The notes below the pieces were generated by a model, which searched no databases, was not told the origin of the DNA, and was given only the letters and a program-made list of their open reading frames with translations. A program made the translations under genes and the position numbers. A DNA stretch of 60,874 bases, counting the filler, from Basidioascus undulatus (lineage: Eukaryota), in assembly GCA_000826855.1 (NCBI GenBank). It is 5 parts of 5 records of this genome, joined end to end, with 100 filler letters (N's around TTAATTAATTAA, not from the genome) between each part and the next. Parts side by side here need not be neighbours in the genome. Positions count along the whole stretch, not along the records: positions 1 to 7,977 come from JTLS01001456.1; positions 8,078 to 16,050 come from JTLS01001457.1; 3 more parts are not named here. The stretch is one strand, 5' to 3'. This document shows positions 1 through 14,016 of the stretch, piece by piece. The stretch's first letter is position 1. Each line of letters opens with the position of its first letter.

Positions 1-64
1 GAGGAGGTGGCTGGAACGTGAGGCGGGTGTGTGGAAGGAAAAGGTTGAGGCCGAGGACGAGTAG
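1..64 (+). CDS. Possible 3' end of an unidentified CDS (...RRWLEREAGVWKEKVEAEDE*)
   Basis: Coding-like frame ending at TAG 62-64, followed by AT-richer UTR-like sequence; too short to identify. Confidence 0.3.
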   Translation, partial: RRWLEREAGVWKEKVEAEDE

Positions 65-998
65 GGAGGGGGCCGATTTATTTATTTGCGAGGATTGAAA
101 TAGTGCGCCTGAGCGGGTGGTTGGGTTGAGAAACTTTATAAGTGTCGTGATGCTTCGAAGGTTCGTGGGGTCAACAACTGGATATTAACTTGACGCGTAC
201 TCTCGTACCGACGTCCGAGATTGCCGGTTTGCAGAAATGATCACGTTCTTTCAGAAACGCTAGTGAGGTGCGTTTCACTGCGTGTTGTTCTGAGGTTGAT
301 ACGTAGGCAGCCATGGCGGATCGCAAATATGGCTGGCTATGGAATTGCCGCTGGTTAAGGCCGTATCTAGATCGCTCGCTCGCTGTACGGGGAAAGATGG
401 AAAAGAAAACGTATTCGTCCTGCTGAGGGAGCCGGGCGCGCCTCGTAAGCTCGCACATGTCTGCGCCGACCAGCTGCCCCGTCCATGAGGGCGGAGCGGA
501 AAGCCCACCGGCGCAATTTGACTGCGTGGCACGCTCACCGTCTTCTTCTTCGCCATCCCGCTTACCCCGTGCTCTCTGCCACCACCCAGAGCTCTCTGCT
601 TGGCCCCACAAACCCACATTGAGAACGCGAGGGCTTCCGCGGCGCTTCAACCTGATTCTGTGTGCAGCGGCGCTCTGAATCGCAACATGGGCATGCGGCG
701 GATGTGTGCTTTGTGCGATATCGCTCAAGCCCGCGAGAGCCTCCCAATCACCGGGAAGGTGCAGCAGGATTTGAGCGTAGGTCCGCGTGGATCTCACAGT
801 TACAGAGCGAGGGCTTCACAGGCAATCACGGGTGCGATAGATCATCGTCAATTCAGTTGTGGCATTGCATTAAAGGCATGAGTTGGAATGCGCGTCTATG
901 GATATGCATGGCTGGATATGAAGAGGGAAGGGATATGCAGAGGGGCACAGAAACAAGAAAGGACAAGTCGCACGACAGTAGAAGAACGCGTGCGGGAA

Positions 999-3900
999 TC
1001 AACAATGAACAAGGTCTCGACTCTTCATCATGCGGTGGCGCGCGGCGAAGTACTTCTTGATGTCCTCCGAGACGAACGACTCGTCCTCGACATCGTGCTG
1101 CTCATCGCGGTTGGGGTCGTGGGACGCCTTGTAGAGGTCGTGTACTGTCGGAGGGGAAAGTGAGTCAAAAGGCGATCGAAAGTGCACAGGACGAACAGAA
1201 CGCACAAGCTTCGATCCGCTGCGTGTGGTCGAGCTCGGGGTTATAGTTCCGGCTGCGCTTGAGAACCAAGTGCTCCCACAAGCTGAGGTGTCGCGGGTGA
1301 ATGGCAACACCGTGGTACTCGTTTCCCCGGCCGGCGCGGACGAACTCCCCTGAAAGACCGGCGGTGCGTCAATCATGTTAGACGGAAGAAGTCGGCAGTT
1401 GCACACGTACAGTAACGCTCCTGCTCGCGGAGGTCGAGACCGGTCGTGTCCGGCACGAAGATTTCGGTGATCAACCAGCCGGCCAGGCCGAACCAACTCA
1501 CGACCCAGAACTTGGTGTGGTTGTCGATGTAATTGTACAGGATGGCGGGGGCAAGGGCACCTTTCAAAACGGCAGCGTTAGAAGCGAAGCATGCCAGGTT
1601 TCGGTCGATGCCACTTACCAAGCTTGCCCATTGCGGCAGAGAAGCCGTGCGCGGTCGAACGAATGGTAGAGGGGTATACCTCCGCAGCGAGGAGGAAAGT
1701 CGTTGAGTTGGGGCCGAACTGCAGGGGACGTCAGCCGATGTGACACCTAGCTGCGCTCGATTTGGAGACTCGCCTGTTGGAAGAAGGACGACAGGAAGAA
1801 CATGGCTTGGAAACCGTGGATAGGCACGCCGGGCTTCAAAAGGTGGTCGTAGATAGCGGCCGGGATGAGGAAGAGGACGAAACTGTTGCAGGAAGTCAGC
1901 ATCTTACGCCAGCTGAATGGCACGTTTCGTGCTCACTCCATCAGAAATCCCATAGACTGCATCCTTCGGCGTCCGACGAACTTGTGGTCAATCAGAAAAG
2001 CGGCCACTGAGCAGGAGGGTTCAGCTGTGTGCGTGCGTCCATGACAGCGCGAGGCGTACTGTAGTAGCCTGCCAAAGACACGCCGATGTTGACCAAGTTC
2101 CAGAGCCACTAAGGGTATGTTAGTACTGATTTCACTAAACACTTCAAAAGGTAACTTACGGTAGTGATAACGCTCTTGGAACCCGGCGAGATGATCCCAA
2201 TGAACTCGCTCGCGAAGATCTGCAAGATGGGACGTCTTCAGCACGGGCTGCTTACAATATCGGCTTCATCCAAGCGAAAATACTTTATTCCCGTAGAAGA
2301 AGAAATCGTTTGCTTGCGACGTTGTAAGAACAAGCGTATCAGAATATGGAAGGATACCGTGATGATGGGGGAAGAGCGAGCAAGACACACCGAACCAAGC
2401 CATGGCAGTCCCGAAGAGACTACGGCAAAGAACGTCAGCTCTCATATCATGCTTAATATAATGAGCAGGACTAACCGGCCGCCATAGTGCGAGATGGTCA
2501 TCTTCAGTGAGGCGCTGTCGTACCCGCTAGTGTGCAGTCGCTTCCGGGCCTTGACCAGCGCAGCGTCGGCGTAGCGAATCTTGTAGTAACCTGCAACACA
2601 GCACGTTACACAACGCTTCGAGCTAGATAAGTTGAAGGAAATCGGACGGTAGTAGGCAAGGTAAAGGGTCGGCACGGCAATGAAGGCGAACTGAATCCGC
2701 ATCGTCCATTGCGTGCTGGTGGCAGAGTCTACCAGCTCCACGAAACATGAGCCACATTTTTCAAGCGATGAGGTGATAATCTGATACGCACAGGGAGGGT
2801 TCCCACCACCGTGGAAAATCAAGAGCAGCACGATCAGAACCACCTGTATTGAGCCGTCAGTGCCTGCCATGCCATGGCGATGGTCCGACGCGGTACTGAC
2901 CTGGTTAGCAAGCTGGCCCCAACCTGCAATGCGAGGTCAGCGCCGTTTTTACACATAGAATGCACGCTGAACAGTACCTTGCATCAGGAACGAAAGGCCC
3001 ACATTACGACCGCGGTGCAAGCGATCGTGGGCACTGGCTTCTGCGGAGGCTCCCGTGCTCTCCATCGCTCTCCTGAACAGAACTCTTCAGCGATGGTCGA
3101 CTGGAACTAAGACACCGATTTTCGTACGTAGAAGTCATCGGGTATTCGCCTATGCACATTCTTTGTCAGCCACTCAATCGGCTATTATCAACCTCGGAGT
3201 CAATATGCCCACCACCGACGCCGAAGCCGTAGACCAACAGCGAGAACGCGTAGCAGATGACCCAGCCGTTCTGTAGGGAACACTGACTTTTAGCAACGGT
3301 TCGCGAACCTGCACGGTTAAAATTGACTCACAAGGGTGGTTCCCCACATTGCGATGAGCATGATGGTGCTGTGAAAGGGTGGAGGGTAAGCTCCTGAAAG
3401 CCCGTGATAAATGATGCCGCCAGTCAAGGGGCAATGTTACTCTAGAAGTGGATGATTACACACCCAAGGAACATCACCAACGCGTCCTGCACCATACCGA
3501 AGCGCCGACCTATCCAGTCTCCTTCGATACCGACAGCGACCTGGCCCACTGCGACAAGAGCTAAGCATCGTGCCATGACATTTAAGACTGCTGGTATCCC
3601 TACGCATGATGCCGATAATTTCTGTGATTGTTCCCGCACTTAGAAGTAATGCACATGCGAAAAGCAAAAGCAGCGTTACTCACGGAGGTAGTCCACCGCT
3701 GCTATCCAATTGGCATTGCAGACCTCGTGCGTCTTCCAGCACGCAGGCCAGACCGCCTGGAACAGCGCCTTGACATTCCCGATGGCGAAAAGGGTGTAGC
3801 CTGAAGCCGCCAGAGGGTCAGTTAATTAACCGACAGCACCGGAAATCGGCGTGGATGGCTTTGGCTCACCCTCGACGAAAAGACCCATGCCCGTCAAAAC

Positions 3901-4358
3901 ATAGCAACTGGCCCAAGGGATCAGCACCGATACTCAACAGAAATGTCCAGACACTACGGACTGGAAGTACTGGCGTGTCGGTTCCAACGGGTCCGCCTTG
4001 AACATGCGGTGCACCTCCTTCACCTCCCGCTCGGCCTCCGCGTTCGACTGAGCGTTCACGAACTTCACGCGTTCGCTGAAAGGAAGGTCCGCCCAGTACG
4101 TTCTCCCACTGCCTCCGGAGCATCAGAAAATCTCGATCCCTGCCAGCTCGCGAATGTAAGGAAGACGCACACGTAAATATCCCGAGGAAACAGCGTGCTG
4201 TCTAGCAGCGAGTCATCTGAGTGATCAAGAAGGCCTAGAGCGGACAAGCCGGTCGCCTTCTCGGTAGAAGCATGGTCGCCATGACCGCTGCTGAGATTGC
4301 TGTTGCTATTCGGCCGGGTCGCAAGGTTGAGTTCGGTCACGGCGGGCTTCTCCTCCAT
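999..4358 (-). CDS. MFS transporter, Pho84-like phosphate/anion:H+ symporter (many short exons)
   Basis: Spliced peptides [51 protein letters not shown] (MFS motif A-like), [47 protein letters not shown]; stop at 999-1001. Confidence 0.85.
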
Positions 4359-4597
4359 AGGCGGCGCTGAGTGACTGGCGCCGTGGGCGACCGGAAGTAC
4401 AGACTAGGGATAGAGGTGAGGATGAGTGGTTGGGAGCGGAAGCAGCCGACCACCAACCTGTGCTATTCAGGCTGCCCAGCAAATCTCGGAGGGCTTATGG
4501 AGCTCGATCTACGAGACATCGGGCCGCCGACTTACACAAGCGGGACAGTTTTCTCAGCCATCCCTCGCCCCCTGGACCAACAGATTTCGAGATGGAA

Positions 4598-4607
4598 CGC
4601 ACGTGCG
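4598..4607. promoter_or_regulatory. Palindromic E-box CGCACGTGCG, candidate Pho4-type bHLH site
   Basis: CACGTG at 4600-4605, about 240 bp upstream of the transporter ATG. Confidence 0.35.
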
Positions 4608-5747
4608 GTGAAACTTGTATGGAGACCCCGGAGGGTATATTGTTCCGCACAGATCGGCCGTCTGAGAGGGGATGAACGTCAGAGAAGGCAAGGCAGCAAG
4701 TTCCGAGGTTTTGAGTGCAAGATTAGCAGCACGATGACGCTATTCATGAACACTGCTTACTTCTTCTCTTGCTATATTTATTACACCTCTTTAACTTGAA
4801 GCGTCAGAAAACCACATTAAAGACACTGCAGTGGGTGGTACAGTGGCGCATAAGGATCTAGTGGAAGGGAAATTGCAGACGAGTGTGGCAATCCATGACA
4901 ACGGAGTGAGCGAGAGCGCGCCCCCTGCCTCTTCATGACTTCCACCCTCGCCCCCCGCAGTCGCTACCATGAACGCCTAGCTACTATAATGCTACAGGCT
5001 AAAAGACGAACAGATCGCAACGCCAACGGCCCGGATGACCTTGCGGCAGGTTAGGACACGCCAAAGCCAACTTACCAAAGTGCTGGGGCACTCGCTGAGC
5101 AGCTGCTTACCCCCCCAAACGCATGGATGCAACAGTCAAACATGACACACTCCGCGCATGTCGTTCTTCTTTTTAGAACCAGCTGGGGTTCATACACGGT
5201 GTAGCGATAAGAGGTCCCTGGATTAGAGAGCAAGCCTATCAGAAGCGACGTCGGGTCGTGTATATAGCATGTGATCGTTTGAAGCCACAGGGCATGCGAC
5301 TGCGACTGTGTCAGTCGTATGAGTGTATCCCCATATCAGAACTTTCAGGAACTTTTTCGGTTGGCGTTTCGGCAGTCGGCGCATGCATGCCACCACATGT
5401 TCGAGGGTTCCTCGGAAATAAGGAGCGCTGCGATTCGAGGGAAGGACTGGATCTCGCAGTGACCGACACAACCTGTGTATCTCCATGCTTCCAGGCGCTT
5501 CAAGATGGAAACATCCCGGAGCTGACAACAAGAACAGTCATGCGCTACGCAAGAAATATAAGGCACAAAACGAAATGACAGCGACACAAAAGGGTTTGAA
5601 CAGTGCCAGCGAATCTGCGGTCCGGCCAGCGGCGCCGTTGAAAGCGGCCAAGACAAATGAAAGAGCAAACGAAAGACATAGCCAAAGTGTCCAGCGGTGG
5701 TGCAGAAAGTCTGATGTACAAAGGCGAAGGTAGCGAGCCACGCGGAC

Positions 5748-7977
5748 CTAGTGCAGCGGAATGCCGGCAGCGAGCAATCTCCGCTCGAGGCTGCAACGAC
5801 AAAAAGAGGTGAGCCGCGTCCATAGTTCGAAATCTCAGGATCGCAAGCTTACTCTTCCCGCCTCCGAGCCTCAGCGTCCGCCCGGGCGCATTCCTCCTGT
5901 GCGCGCGCCTGCTCCGCACGCAGCTCGCGTTTGAGGTCTCTGTGGAACGATCCTCATTTCAGTCTCCGCCGCGCTCTAAAAATACATCGAACAAGTAGCG
6001 ACTGACCGGTTCTCCTTCAGGTATGCGTTTCGATGCAGCTTCGCCTCCTGGAGGTCCCGACCCATGGCTGCGAGTGCCTCGTTTTGCGGCAGGCCGACGT
6101 CGTTGTACATCGCGTCAAGCTCTTCGTTAAAGGACTGGGTGGTCGAGTCAATGAATGTGGCAACGAGGAGTCGGAACGTCTAAGCGCACCTCGTAAAGCA
6201 CTTCGATCTCAGCCTGCTTATTCTTGACCTGGACCTTGAGTTCGTCCCGTTCCTTCTCGGTCACAACCAGCTGTTTCCTAGCATCGCCCAACGCGTCGTC
6301 CTTCTGCACCCCGGGAAACAGGCCTGGATCAGTACCTACCAAAGGCGAACCTTGAGATGCGTAGCGGCTTTTGCGTACCTCCGCCAGGCTCCCCGCGAGC
6401 GTCTCCACGTCCTGCACGAGCGCCGCCCGGGAGGAGAGCCTGCCCTCGAGCCCGCTCTCCAGCTCATCCATGGCACTTCCGACATTCGTCATCCATGTCT
6501 CGAGGAAGGCGATGTCGAGCTCGCCCCGCCGTTGGGCGTCACGCGCTTGCTCGAACTTGTCGCGCAGGGCGAGAGTGGTTGAGAAGCCTTCGGCGGCGCG
6601 CTGCGTAAAGGTATGGGATTAGACTACAGGGTCAGACCATAAATGGTGGAAGGACGCACAGCCATATTACGGCCTCCGGGTGACCGAGGGAGGCCGCCCA
6701 CGGCGGTAGCCGAGCGCGCTTTCCCTGCGGAGAGCTCGCGCGCAAGCGACGTGCGAAGCGACTGCATCTCCGTCCTAAGTCGCTTGACAGCGCGGCTGGA
6801 GGAGTCCGCCTAATAGAGGAGTCAGCATTCTCGTAAGCCTCCGGTTAGATCGCGAGAAACCCACGTCATCACGAGCCGCCTGTGCTTCACGCACGACGCG
6901 ATCCGACAGCGGCAAGCCGTTGACCGCCGGTAACTTGGACGGTGATCCGACGCGCGGGAGGAGGACCGCGGGGCTCTCAGTGCCCGACACGCGTCTGCTG
7001 CTGCCCGCCGAGGCCCGGTGGCTGCCCGGCGCGGCAAACACGCCGACTGACGGTTCTCTCCGCGGGAGGACGTTCTCTTTCGGCGCGTCCGCCTGCTGCT
7101 GCTCGAACGTCCGCTTGGTTGCCTGGCGGGGCGTAAAGTTGAGCGGCTTGGTGGGCGTGAAGACGGCGGGGGGAATGGAGGGCGGCGGCGGACACGCGAC
7201 GAGCTCGTAAGGCGATCCGTGCGCGAGGGCGGTCGGCGTGACGGGTCGGGACGGTGGAGGGGACGTGCACTCGCGCGGGCCCATGGGCCGACGTGGGGTC
7301 GTGCTCGTGCTGGCGTGGGAGACGTTCGAGCGCGTCGTGCTGGTGTTGGAGAAGGTGGAGTGGGCTGTGGAATGCGCGACGGAGTGGGTGGTGGAGTTGG
7401 TTGGGGTGCGGGAGAAGGTCGTGGAAGGGGCGTGAACGGCGATGGAGGCGGACGGGGATAGGGGAGGGGATAGGCTCGGTGCTTCGGATGACGGCGGAGG
7501 ACGAGGAGGAGCGCTGGTGCTTCGGCGACGAGAAGATCGGCTGCGGGTACTGTCCACGCCTGTGTATCGCCAGATGAGCAGTTCAGTATCGCCTAGCGGT
7601 TGTTATCAGAAGGAGAAACACGACGCACCGAGGAAGGCGGCGGGCGACGACTGCTGGCTCTGCTGCGAGTTCTGCCTCGCCAAGTCAAGCCTCATGGCAA
7701 GATCCCTCTCGCTCTCATCGGCCAGCAGGTGGTCCACCTCCGCCGCGTCCTTCTCCGTGCGCTCGACCTCGTCCCATCCGGGGCTCTGCTTCCTCCTGAC
7801 CGGCTTGCGTTGCGGCGGCGTAGCGACCTGGACGGGGACGTACGGCTTGCCCGCGATCGAGCCGTCGAGGCTCGTCGGAGGCGTGGAGGCGCTGTTGGCC
7901 GCGGAGGACATGGAGGACGTCGACTTGGACGCGAGCGACTGCGAGCGCTTGAGCGGACTACTTCCGAACACGTCGCC
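5748..7977 (-). CDS. Hypothetical protein, Ser/Pro-rich N-terminal region and coiled-coil C-terminus; 5' end lost at gap
   Basis: Exons with canonical splice sites; MDELESGLEGRLSS, EKERDELKVQVKNKQAEIEVLYE, SFNEELDAMYNDVGLP, last exon LERRLLAAGIPLH* (stop 5748-5750). Confidence 0.7.
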
Positions 7978-8077
7978 NNNNNNNNNNNNNNNNNNNNNNN
8001 NNNNNNNNNNNNNNNNNNNNNTTAATTAATTAANNNNNNNNNNNNNNNNNNNNNNNNNNNNNNNNNNNNNNNNNNNN
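7978..8077. other. Assembly spacer N44-TTAATTAATTAA-N44
   Basis: Identical 100-bp structure at four places; linker has stops in all six frames. Confidence 0.97.
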
Positions 8078-8973
8078 CCTGCGCTGCGTCCAGCATCTTC
8101 AGGAGATGCAGCTGCGAGCTGGTCGCTGAGGGGTAATGAGCGGACTAGGGCGGAGTCAGCAGGGGGGGAGGAAGGAACACGCACGAGAAGAGCCTTTTGG
8201 TAGTAGTGCGTCGAGGTGACTATCCGGCCGAACGTCCTTGTTAGCCTTGCCTTCGTGCGGAACGGGGCAGCGGCATGGACGGACGAGGCTGTCCGAGGAC
8301 CTTGAGCATCTATGAGTAAAGAAAGTCAGTCACGCGATCCTGCAGGGGAGGGTCTTCAGAGCACATACGACGAAGAGGATGTGCTTGCCTAGAGTGTCCC
8401 ATCTTCATCAGTAACTACCACTGAGCGCAGACACTCCTCCGACTCACAATGGTTCCCCTTGACCGCGTCCGGGCAGTTACACCTCGGGAGCTGGTCCACC
8501 GTGACGGTGTAGACGTTGCCCGTCGAGCCCAGCACCTGAAACGAAACGATCTTAAGCTCGTCACAGTATTACGCTAGGCTAGAATGCCCATCCTCTCACC
8601 TGGAACGTCTCCTTCAACTCGTCTCCGACCCTGTCGCGCTGGATCATGTACATTCTTTGCGACATGACGCGCTCCACTGAACGCGTCCACAGGCGACCTC
8701 AGCTCGCGTCCTGTCCGCCTGCGCTCTCCCCCGCTAGTACGCACCGCGCTCGATGATGTTTTTGGGACAAGACTTGCGGTAGCGCGCGGCGCTGTACCCA
8801 GAATTATGAGTATAGGCAGCCGGAAAACACGGGCGGAGGTTCCAGGACACGCACCGCTTCTCGACGGGCTCCTTCGGCGCCGCGGTGGGCTTGCGGCGCT
8901 TGGGCTGGGCGACGGCGCCGGCGTCGGGCTCGTCGGCGGAACGCTTGGAGGAAGAAGGGGCGTGCGGATCCAT
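8078..8973 (-). CDS. SWIM zinc-finger protein (fungal SWIM/RING-type); 3' end lost at gap
   Basis: MDPHAPSSSKRS...ERVMSQRMYMIQRDR...FQVLGSTGNVYTVTVDQLPRCNCPDAVKGNHC/KHILFV (CxC-x7-CxH), LKVLGQP, YYQKALL. Confidence 0.8.
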
Positions 8974-9218
8974 GGTGTGTTGGTGGAGAAGCTTGCTGGT
9001 GGTGTGCTGGTCAAAGGGCAAGAAAGGCAGGGAGGGGACCTTCACGACCGAGTCGGACGCGTTCAGGGCGCGCCGCACTTTGAGCCGCGTTGCCCTCCGC
9101 ATCCATCCCCCGCCGCTCGCTTTCCCTCACTGCGCTCTCGCTGTGAGCCCAAGGCCCTCAGAATTTCCTTGCCAAATCCCTAAATTCCTCCTCACATTTA
9201 GCTCTGTTCTAGGACGGT

Positions 9219-10697
9219 ATGGGAGGGCCGAACCTAGACATCCTGCCCGACGATCTCATCCTCCTCCATCTTCTCCCGTTCATCTACTCACCGTCACCTG
9301 CGGATCAACCGCACGTCTTTCCTGACAAACGGGATCTCGTTTCTCTTTCGTGCACATGTCGATCGCTGCGAACAGCGCTGCTCGATATCCTCTTCTCGCA
9401 CACCTCCACGAGGTGGTTTCGTGCTGCCCTCAAAGAGGGGAGAGGGGATGCCGTCCGCTTGATTCGGTGTGTTTGACCGCATGCCCCTTCCCTTTCAACT
9501 TGTTTTTATAATTCAATGTCTGGTAGGACGCTGGTATTCGTCCCAGACACACCTGAGCCTTCCCCAAAGGCACCTCCGCTGGATACGGCAGTCGCCATGC
9601 CGCTCCTCCAAAGCGTCGTCCTCACCCGTCCATCCGACCTAGCGCAACTACCCAATCCTACGTCCACACTAACGAATCTTCATCTGACTCTCAGTGCGTC
9701 TTTCCGGGCCCACCACTTCCCTGCTATGCGCTCACTCTTCTTCCGATCGACAGCCAAGCTCTCGCCCTCCTTCTTACGTCCGCATCACGCCCCCCCAACG
9801 CTCACGACGCTGCACATCCACATCGCGCCATCAGACGTGCGAAACCGCTACGCGTTTCACCACGCCCACGCAATGTCGGACCTGACGTCCGCGCTCTCCG
9901 CGCTCCTCTCGCCGAGCCTGCGCACCCTCTCCCTCCGTATCCTCTACAACCGTCTTCTCGGCCTGACGCCCCGGCTCCCGCTCGAACGCTGCCCGAAGCT
10001 GAAGCACCTCACGCTTGACTACCTCCCGCGCGGAGGCGGGCTGGACGCGTGTCCGGAGATCGAGCATGTCGACGTGCGCGAGTACCTCGAACTCCCGGAC
10101 GCGTATGAGCTCGTGCACAGCTTGCGGGGCAAGCCCGTTCGGACGCTCAAGATTAACTTGCGAGGGACCGAGGTGCGGTTGGCGGAAGAGATCGTTGCGG
10201 CCTTGCCGGACGTCGAGGTCCTGGGACTGGGACCGCAGTACTACGCAGATTGGAAAGGAGACGTCGTGTGTCTTCCTTTTCATCAAATCCAGCGTACAAC
10301 TCACCCACACTCTCAACCTCCCCCGCAGGCCCTCTACGCCTCCGCCCTCTCACCGCTCACCTTGCTACACACGCTCTTCCTCGCCCTCCCGCTCGACCAC
10401 GCCGCGCGCGACCTGCAGCCCCTCTGGCCGGCGGACTACCCGCTCTCAGAACCCATCGGCGTCTGGTTCGAGCGGCGTACACAGCGCTACGCGCGCGCGA
10501 CGCGCCTCTTCGCGGACGCCTGCCCAGCGCTGCGGACGCTTACATGGCGGCGCGAGGCGGTGCAGGGGATGAGTGCGGAGAGCGTGGGCGAGTATCAGGA
10601 TAGCATTTGGGAGGTTCAGTGCGAGGGGGAGGGCGTCGTCGTTAGGCAGGTGGAGACGAGGCTTGTCGGGAGCTGGAGAACGACGGAGAGGATCTGA
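9219..10697 (+). CDS. F-box-like protein with LRR-like C-terminal region
   Basis: LDILPDDLILLHLL...DLVSLSCTCRSLR; repeated LxxLxL segments (LRTLSLRI, LKHLTLDY, LRTLTW); probable introns near 9468-9525 and 10264-10329. Confidence 0.65.
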
Positions 10698-12072
10698 TTA
10701 TTCGGCGTGGAGCTGCTTGGATCTGATGTGAGGGTTGGCATGCGAGATCGTGTCGGCGTTGGGCAGAACACCCAGCAACGCGTTCCACTAGCTTTCACGC
10801 GCACGACCACCGTCCACGCCGGCACATCAATCGAATTCGAGAGACTAAGTGCGTTATCTCCACGTCTTTCGCAGATCGGATCCCCATCAAGTCCCACGAA
10901 GTGCTCACCAATAGTCTCTCCAGCGAGAATGCCCTGTTGCGACCCACCCCACTCGCACGGTCAGCATCCGTTACACCACTACATTGTTGATAATGTTAAA
11001 TGCCAGCGCGACCGAGAAGAGTTCAGATTCCAGCTCCATGGAAAAAATGGACATCTCAGCGTGAAGGCCTTTGGCCAACACTTCGAAGATTGTTGCGTAT
11101 AATGGGGATCATCCGGAGAGCGACCGCGCGTCTGCACCAAGCTGCCTACAACGATGGGAGATAACGACGAACCTTTAGCGAATCGAGTTGGAGGTGGATT
11201 GTGGGTTGGAGGAAGGAGGGCAGGGAGAGAGAAGACATGTCGTGTGAGTGTCGGAGAAGACGCGCTATGTTATGTCTAACGGCGATATGGCAAGCTGCAT
11301 CGAAGTGTCCCAGCTTTAGGGCGTTTCTTTCGTTTCATGAACCGCTGTTGGCTTCTTCTTTCAAGGCATCCAGAAGCTTGATGCAAACAAACACGGGTAA
11401 TGAAATTCACTCCCTCAGCTGCAGCTGAGCGTGAAACGCAAAGGGACATGATCCTGCGACCATGAAACCAGAACGCAGCGGCCGCCTGCCAGTAATTCTG
11501 AAAGCCCGATTGTCTCTCGAGCCATGGGCAGGGTAAACTCCTTTGGACTTACAGAGAAACCTCGGAAAAGGGTAGTTTGTGGAATATCGAAAACTGCCGC
11601 TGTAGAGACCACCAAATTGCAAGTGGACTTTGTATGCTGTCGCTCGCAGCGTTTCAAGTAGGGTAGACCGAGCTTTCCTTCATTGGACTTTCAAATGTGA
11701 ATTTTCAACTAGTGTAAATGTAAACAAGGAGAAGAAAAAAACGTCTCAGGCTTACCGATCCGTAAACAAGCTTCCAGCTTGCCGTGCATGCCCCTCTTAC
11801 AGTTATCCGAGCCACCACCCCCCTAACACTGACGATACACCGGCGGCGGCCGCAGCTGCAGCTGTACCTCAGGACCTCCTCCTCTTGCGTGAGCCCACTA
11901 GCAGCGGCTCCCGAGCGCCCTTTGAGATCTGCGCGCCGCCCGGTCGGGGGTTCAAGAACTGACTGATCGTTTTAGCGCATATGTCGCACATACAGGGGCA
12001 GCTAGCCCGCAAGCGCATGCAACTCGACATACGCGGCTGGGACACCCACTCTCCCAAATTGAGGGTCAAGAT

Positions 12073-14016
12073 GCGGCCGCCGGCCAGGCCATCGTATGCA
12101 CAATTCACCTGCCCAAGTCAGTGTCCTTTCTATTCTAAACGCCGCAGCCTTCTGCTCATGCATGTCCGGATTGCACTGCGCCCTCCTCTTTGAGCAGTTC
12201 GACCGCCTCCTCCTCCTCGAGCGTGGTGGCAAGACCGTCTACTTCGGCGACGTTGACAAGGACTCCCACGTTCTGGTCAACTACCTGGCTAAACACGGTG
12301 CGCATTGCCCGCCTGATGCCAACCCGGCGGAATACATGGTGCGCGGTGCATTTTATGATCGCCGCATTGTCGTCACGGCCAACTTACGGCGAAATGCAGC
12401 TACGACGCTATCGGTTCTGGCAGCCGGAAGCGTGTTGGGCCAAAGCCGTGGTCTGAAATCTATCTCGAGTCGGAGGAGTTCGCCGAGAACAAGCGCGTTA
12501 TTGAGGAGCTCAACACCCAGGCGCTGAATGACTTCCCCGAAGAGAAGGCCGCCACGAGCCGTTGTACGTCCAGGACCGTCTCATTTTGGGGGAAATGCTC
12601 CGAGGTGACCATTTTTGCACCGGAGACAATACCCCCTTCTTCTTTCAGCTCAAGACTGTCGGCAAGCGCACGTTCTTGTCCTTCTGGCGCATGCCGGACT
12701 ATCGCTTCACTCGTCTGTACGTCGTCATTCCGCGTTCAAACATTTTTCCATCGCTAAATCGATATTTTTGCAGCTTCTCGCACATGGTCATCGGCCTCCT
12801 GACTTCGCTCACATTCCTCATGATCGGCGACTGTGCGCAATAACCTGCGGACAAGCTGGTTGGGATTTCGCATGCTGACTCTTTCTCCCTACAGCCGTCG
12901 CCGAGCTGCAATACCGCGTCTTCGTGATCTTCAGTGGGTGCCACTTCCAGATGGTAGTCCTCGGAAAATATCGATGATGCCGTTGCTTGCAGTCGCAACG
13001 ATCATGCCTGCGCTCATTCTTGCCCAGGTCGAGCCGACGTACATCATGGCCAGGTCCACGTTCGTGCGAGAAGACTCTTAGGGTGCGTACATTCTAAGCG
13101 TTCGCTACGTAGGATTGTCACTGATAGCAGACTGCACACAGATGTACTCGCCGTTCGTCTTCTCGCTGGCGCAGCTCGTATCCGAGATGCCCAACAGTCT
13201 GCTCTGCGCGACGGCGTTCTTCTTGCTCCTCACCTACCCCGCCGGCTTTAACACTTCATCTGACCGGGCTGGATACCAAGTCGGTCAACCGTCTTCACCC
13301 CCAGAATGTCCATGGTTCTGACAGTACTCTACACAGTTCTTCATCATCCTCATCACTGAGGTGTACTCGGTCACGCTTGGGCAGCTCGTCGCTGCCCTGT
13401 CTCCATCTGTCTATATGTCCTGCTATCCGTAAATTTCTTCGCTGTTTTCGCTTCTTTTTCTGTTGAGCTGATGCCCCGTCCAATTCCAGGTTCAACCCAT
13501 GCTGCATGTGTCCACCCCTCAGCACCCCGTTTACTAATGAGAATGTCTTCCGCTATTTAGCTTCCTCCTGGTAATCTTCTGGCTGTTTTGCGGTGCCACC
13601 ATTCCGAAGCCCAACCCATGATTTACTTGTGAGTCCGCGTTGTCCTTTCGAAGCGCGGACAGCAGCGCTGACGAGAAACCACGTCCTGCAACTGGCGTGT
13701 GTGGATGTGTAAACGTTCAATCAAGATAGCTGAACGTTCATTTTTATACTAATATCATCTGTGTTTTCTAGATCAACTCGACCCGTTCACACGCCTCATC
13801 TCCGGCATGGTGTTCACCGAGCTGCACGGCCTCGAGGTCCGCTGCAAGCCGGCGGAGTTCGCGGTGTTCCAGCCGCCTTCGGGACAAACCTGTGCCGACT
13901 GGGCACATCCGTATGTCGACATGATTGGCGGAGTACGTACTTCCAGAGCATGCATTTACCCATCGACATCGACGCTGACCGCTACCGCCATGCTGCAGTA
14001 CCTGCGCGACCCGAAC
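12073..14016 (+). pseudogene. Truncated PDR/ABCG (Snq2-like) ABC transporter fragment: end of NBD2 plus TMD2
   Basis: [87 protein letters not shown]; extra base at 12400, TAG 13079-13081, TGA 13619-13621; no upstream half. Confidence 0.85.

Noticed and set aside
5223..5741. Short hydrophobic minus-strand ORFs
   Set aside because: No recognisable motif or consistent exon structure; probably 3' UTR or intergenic.
8022..8033. TTAATTAATTAA recurring about every 8 kb as a possible biological repeat
   Set aside because: Always centred in N runs; synthetic six-frame stop linker.
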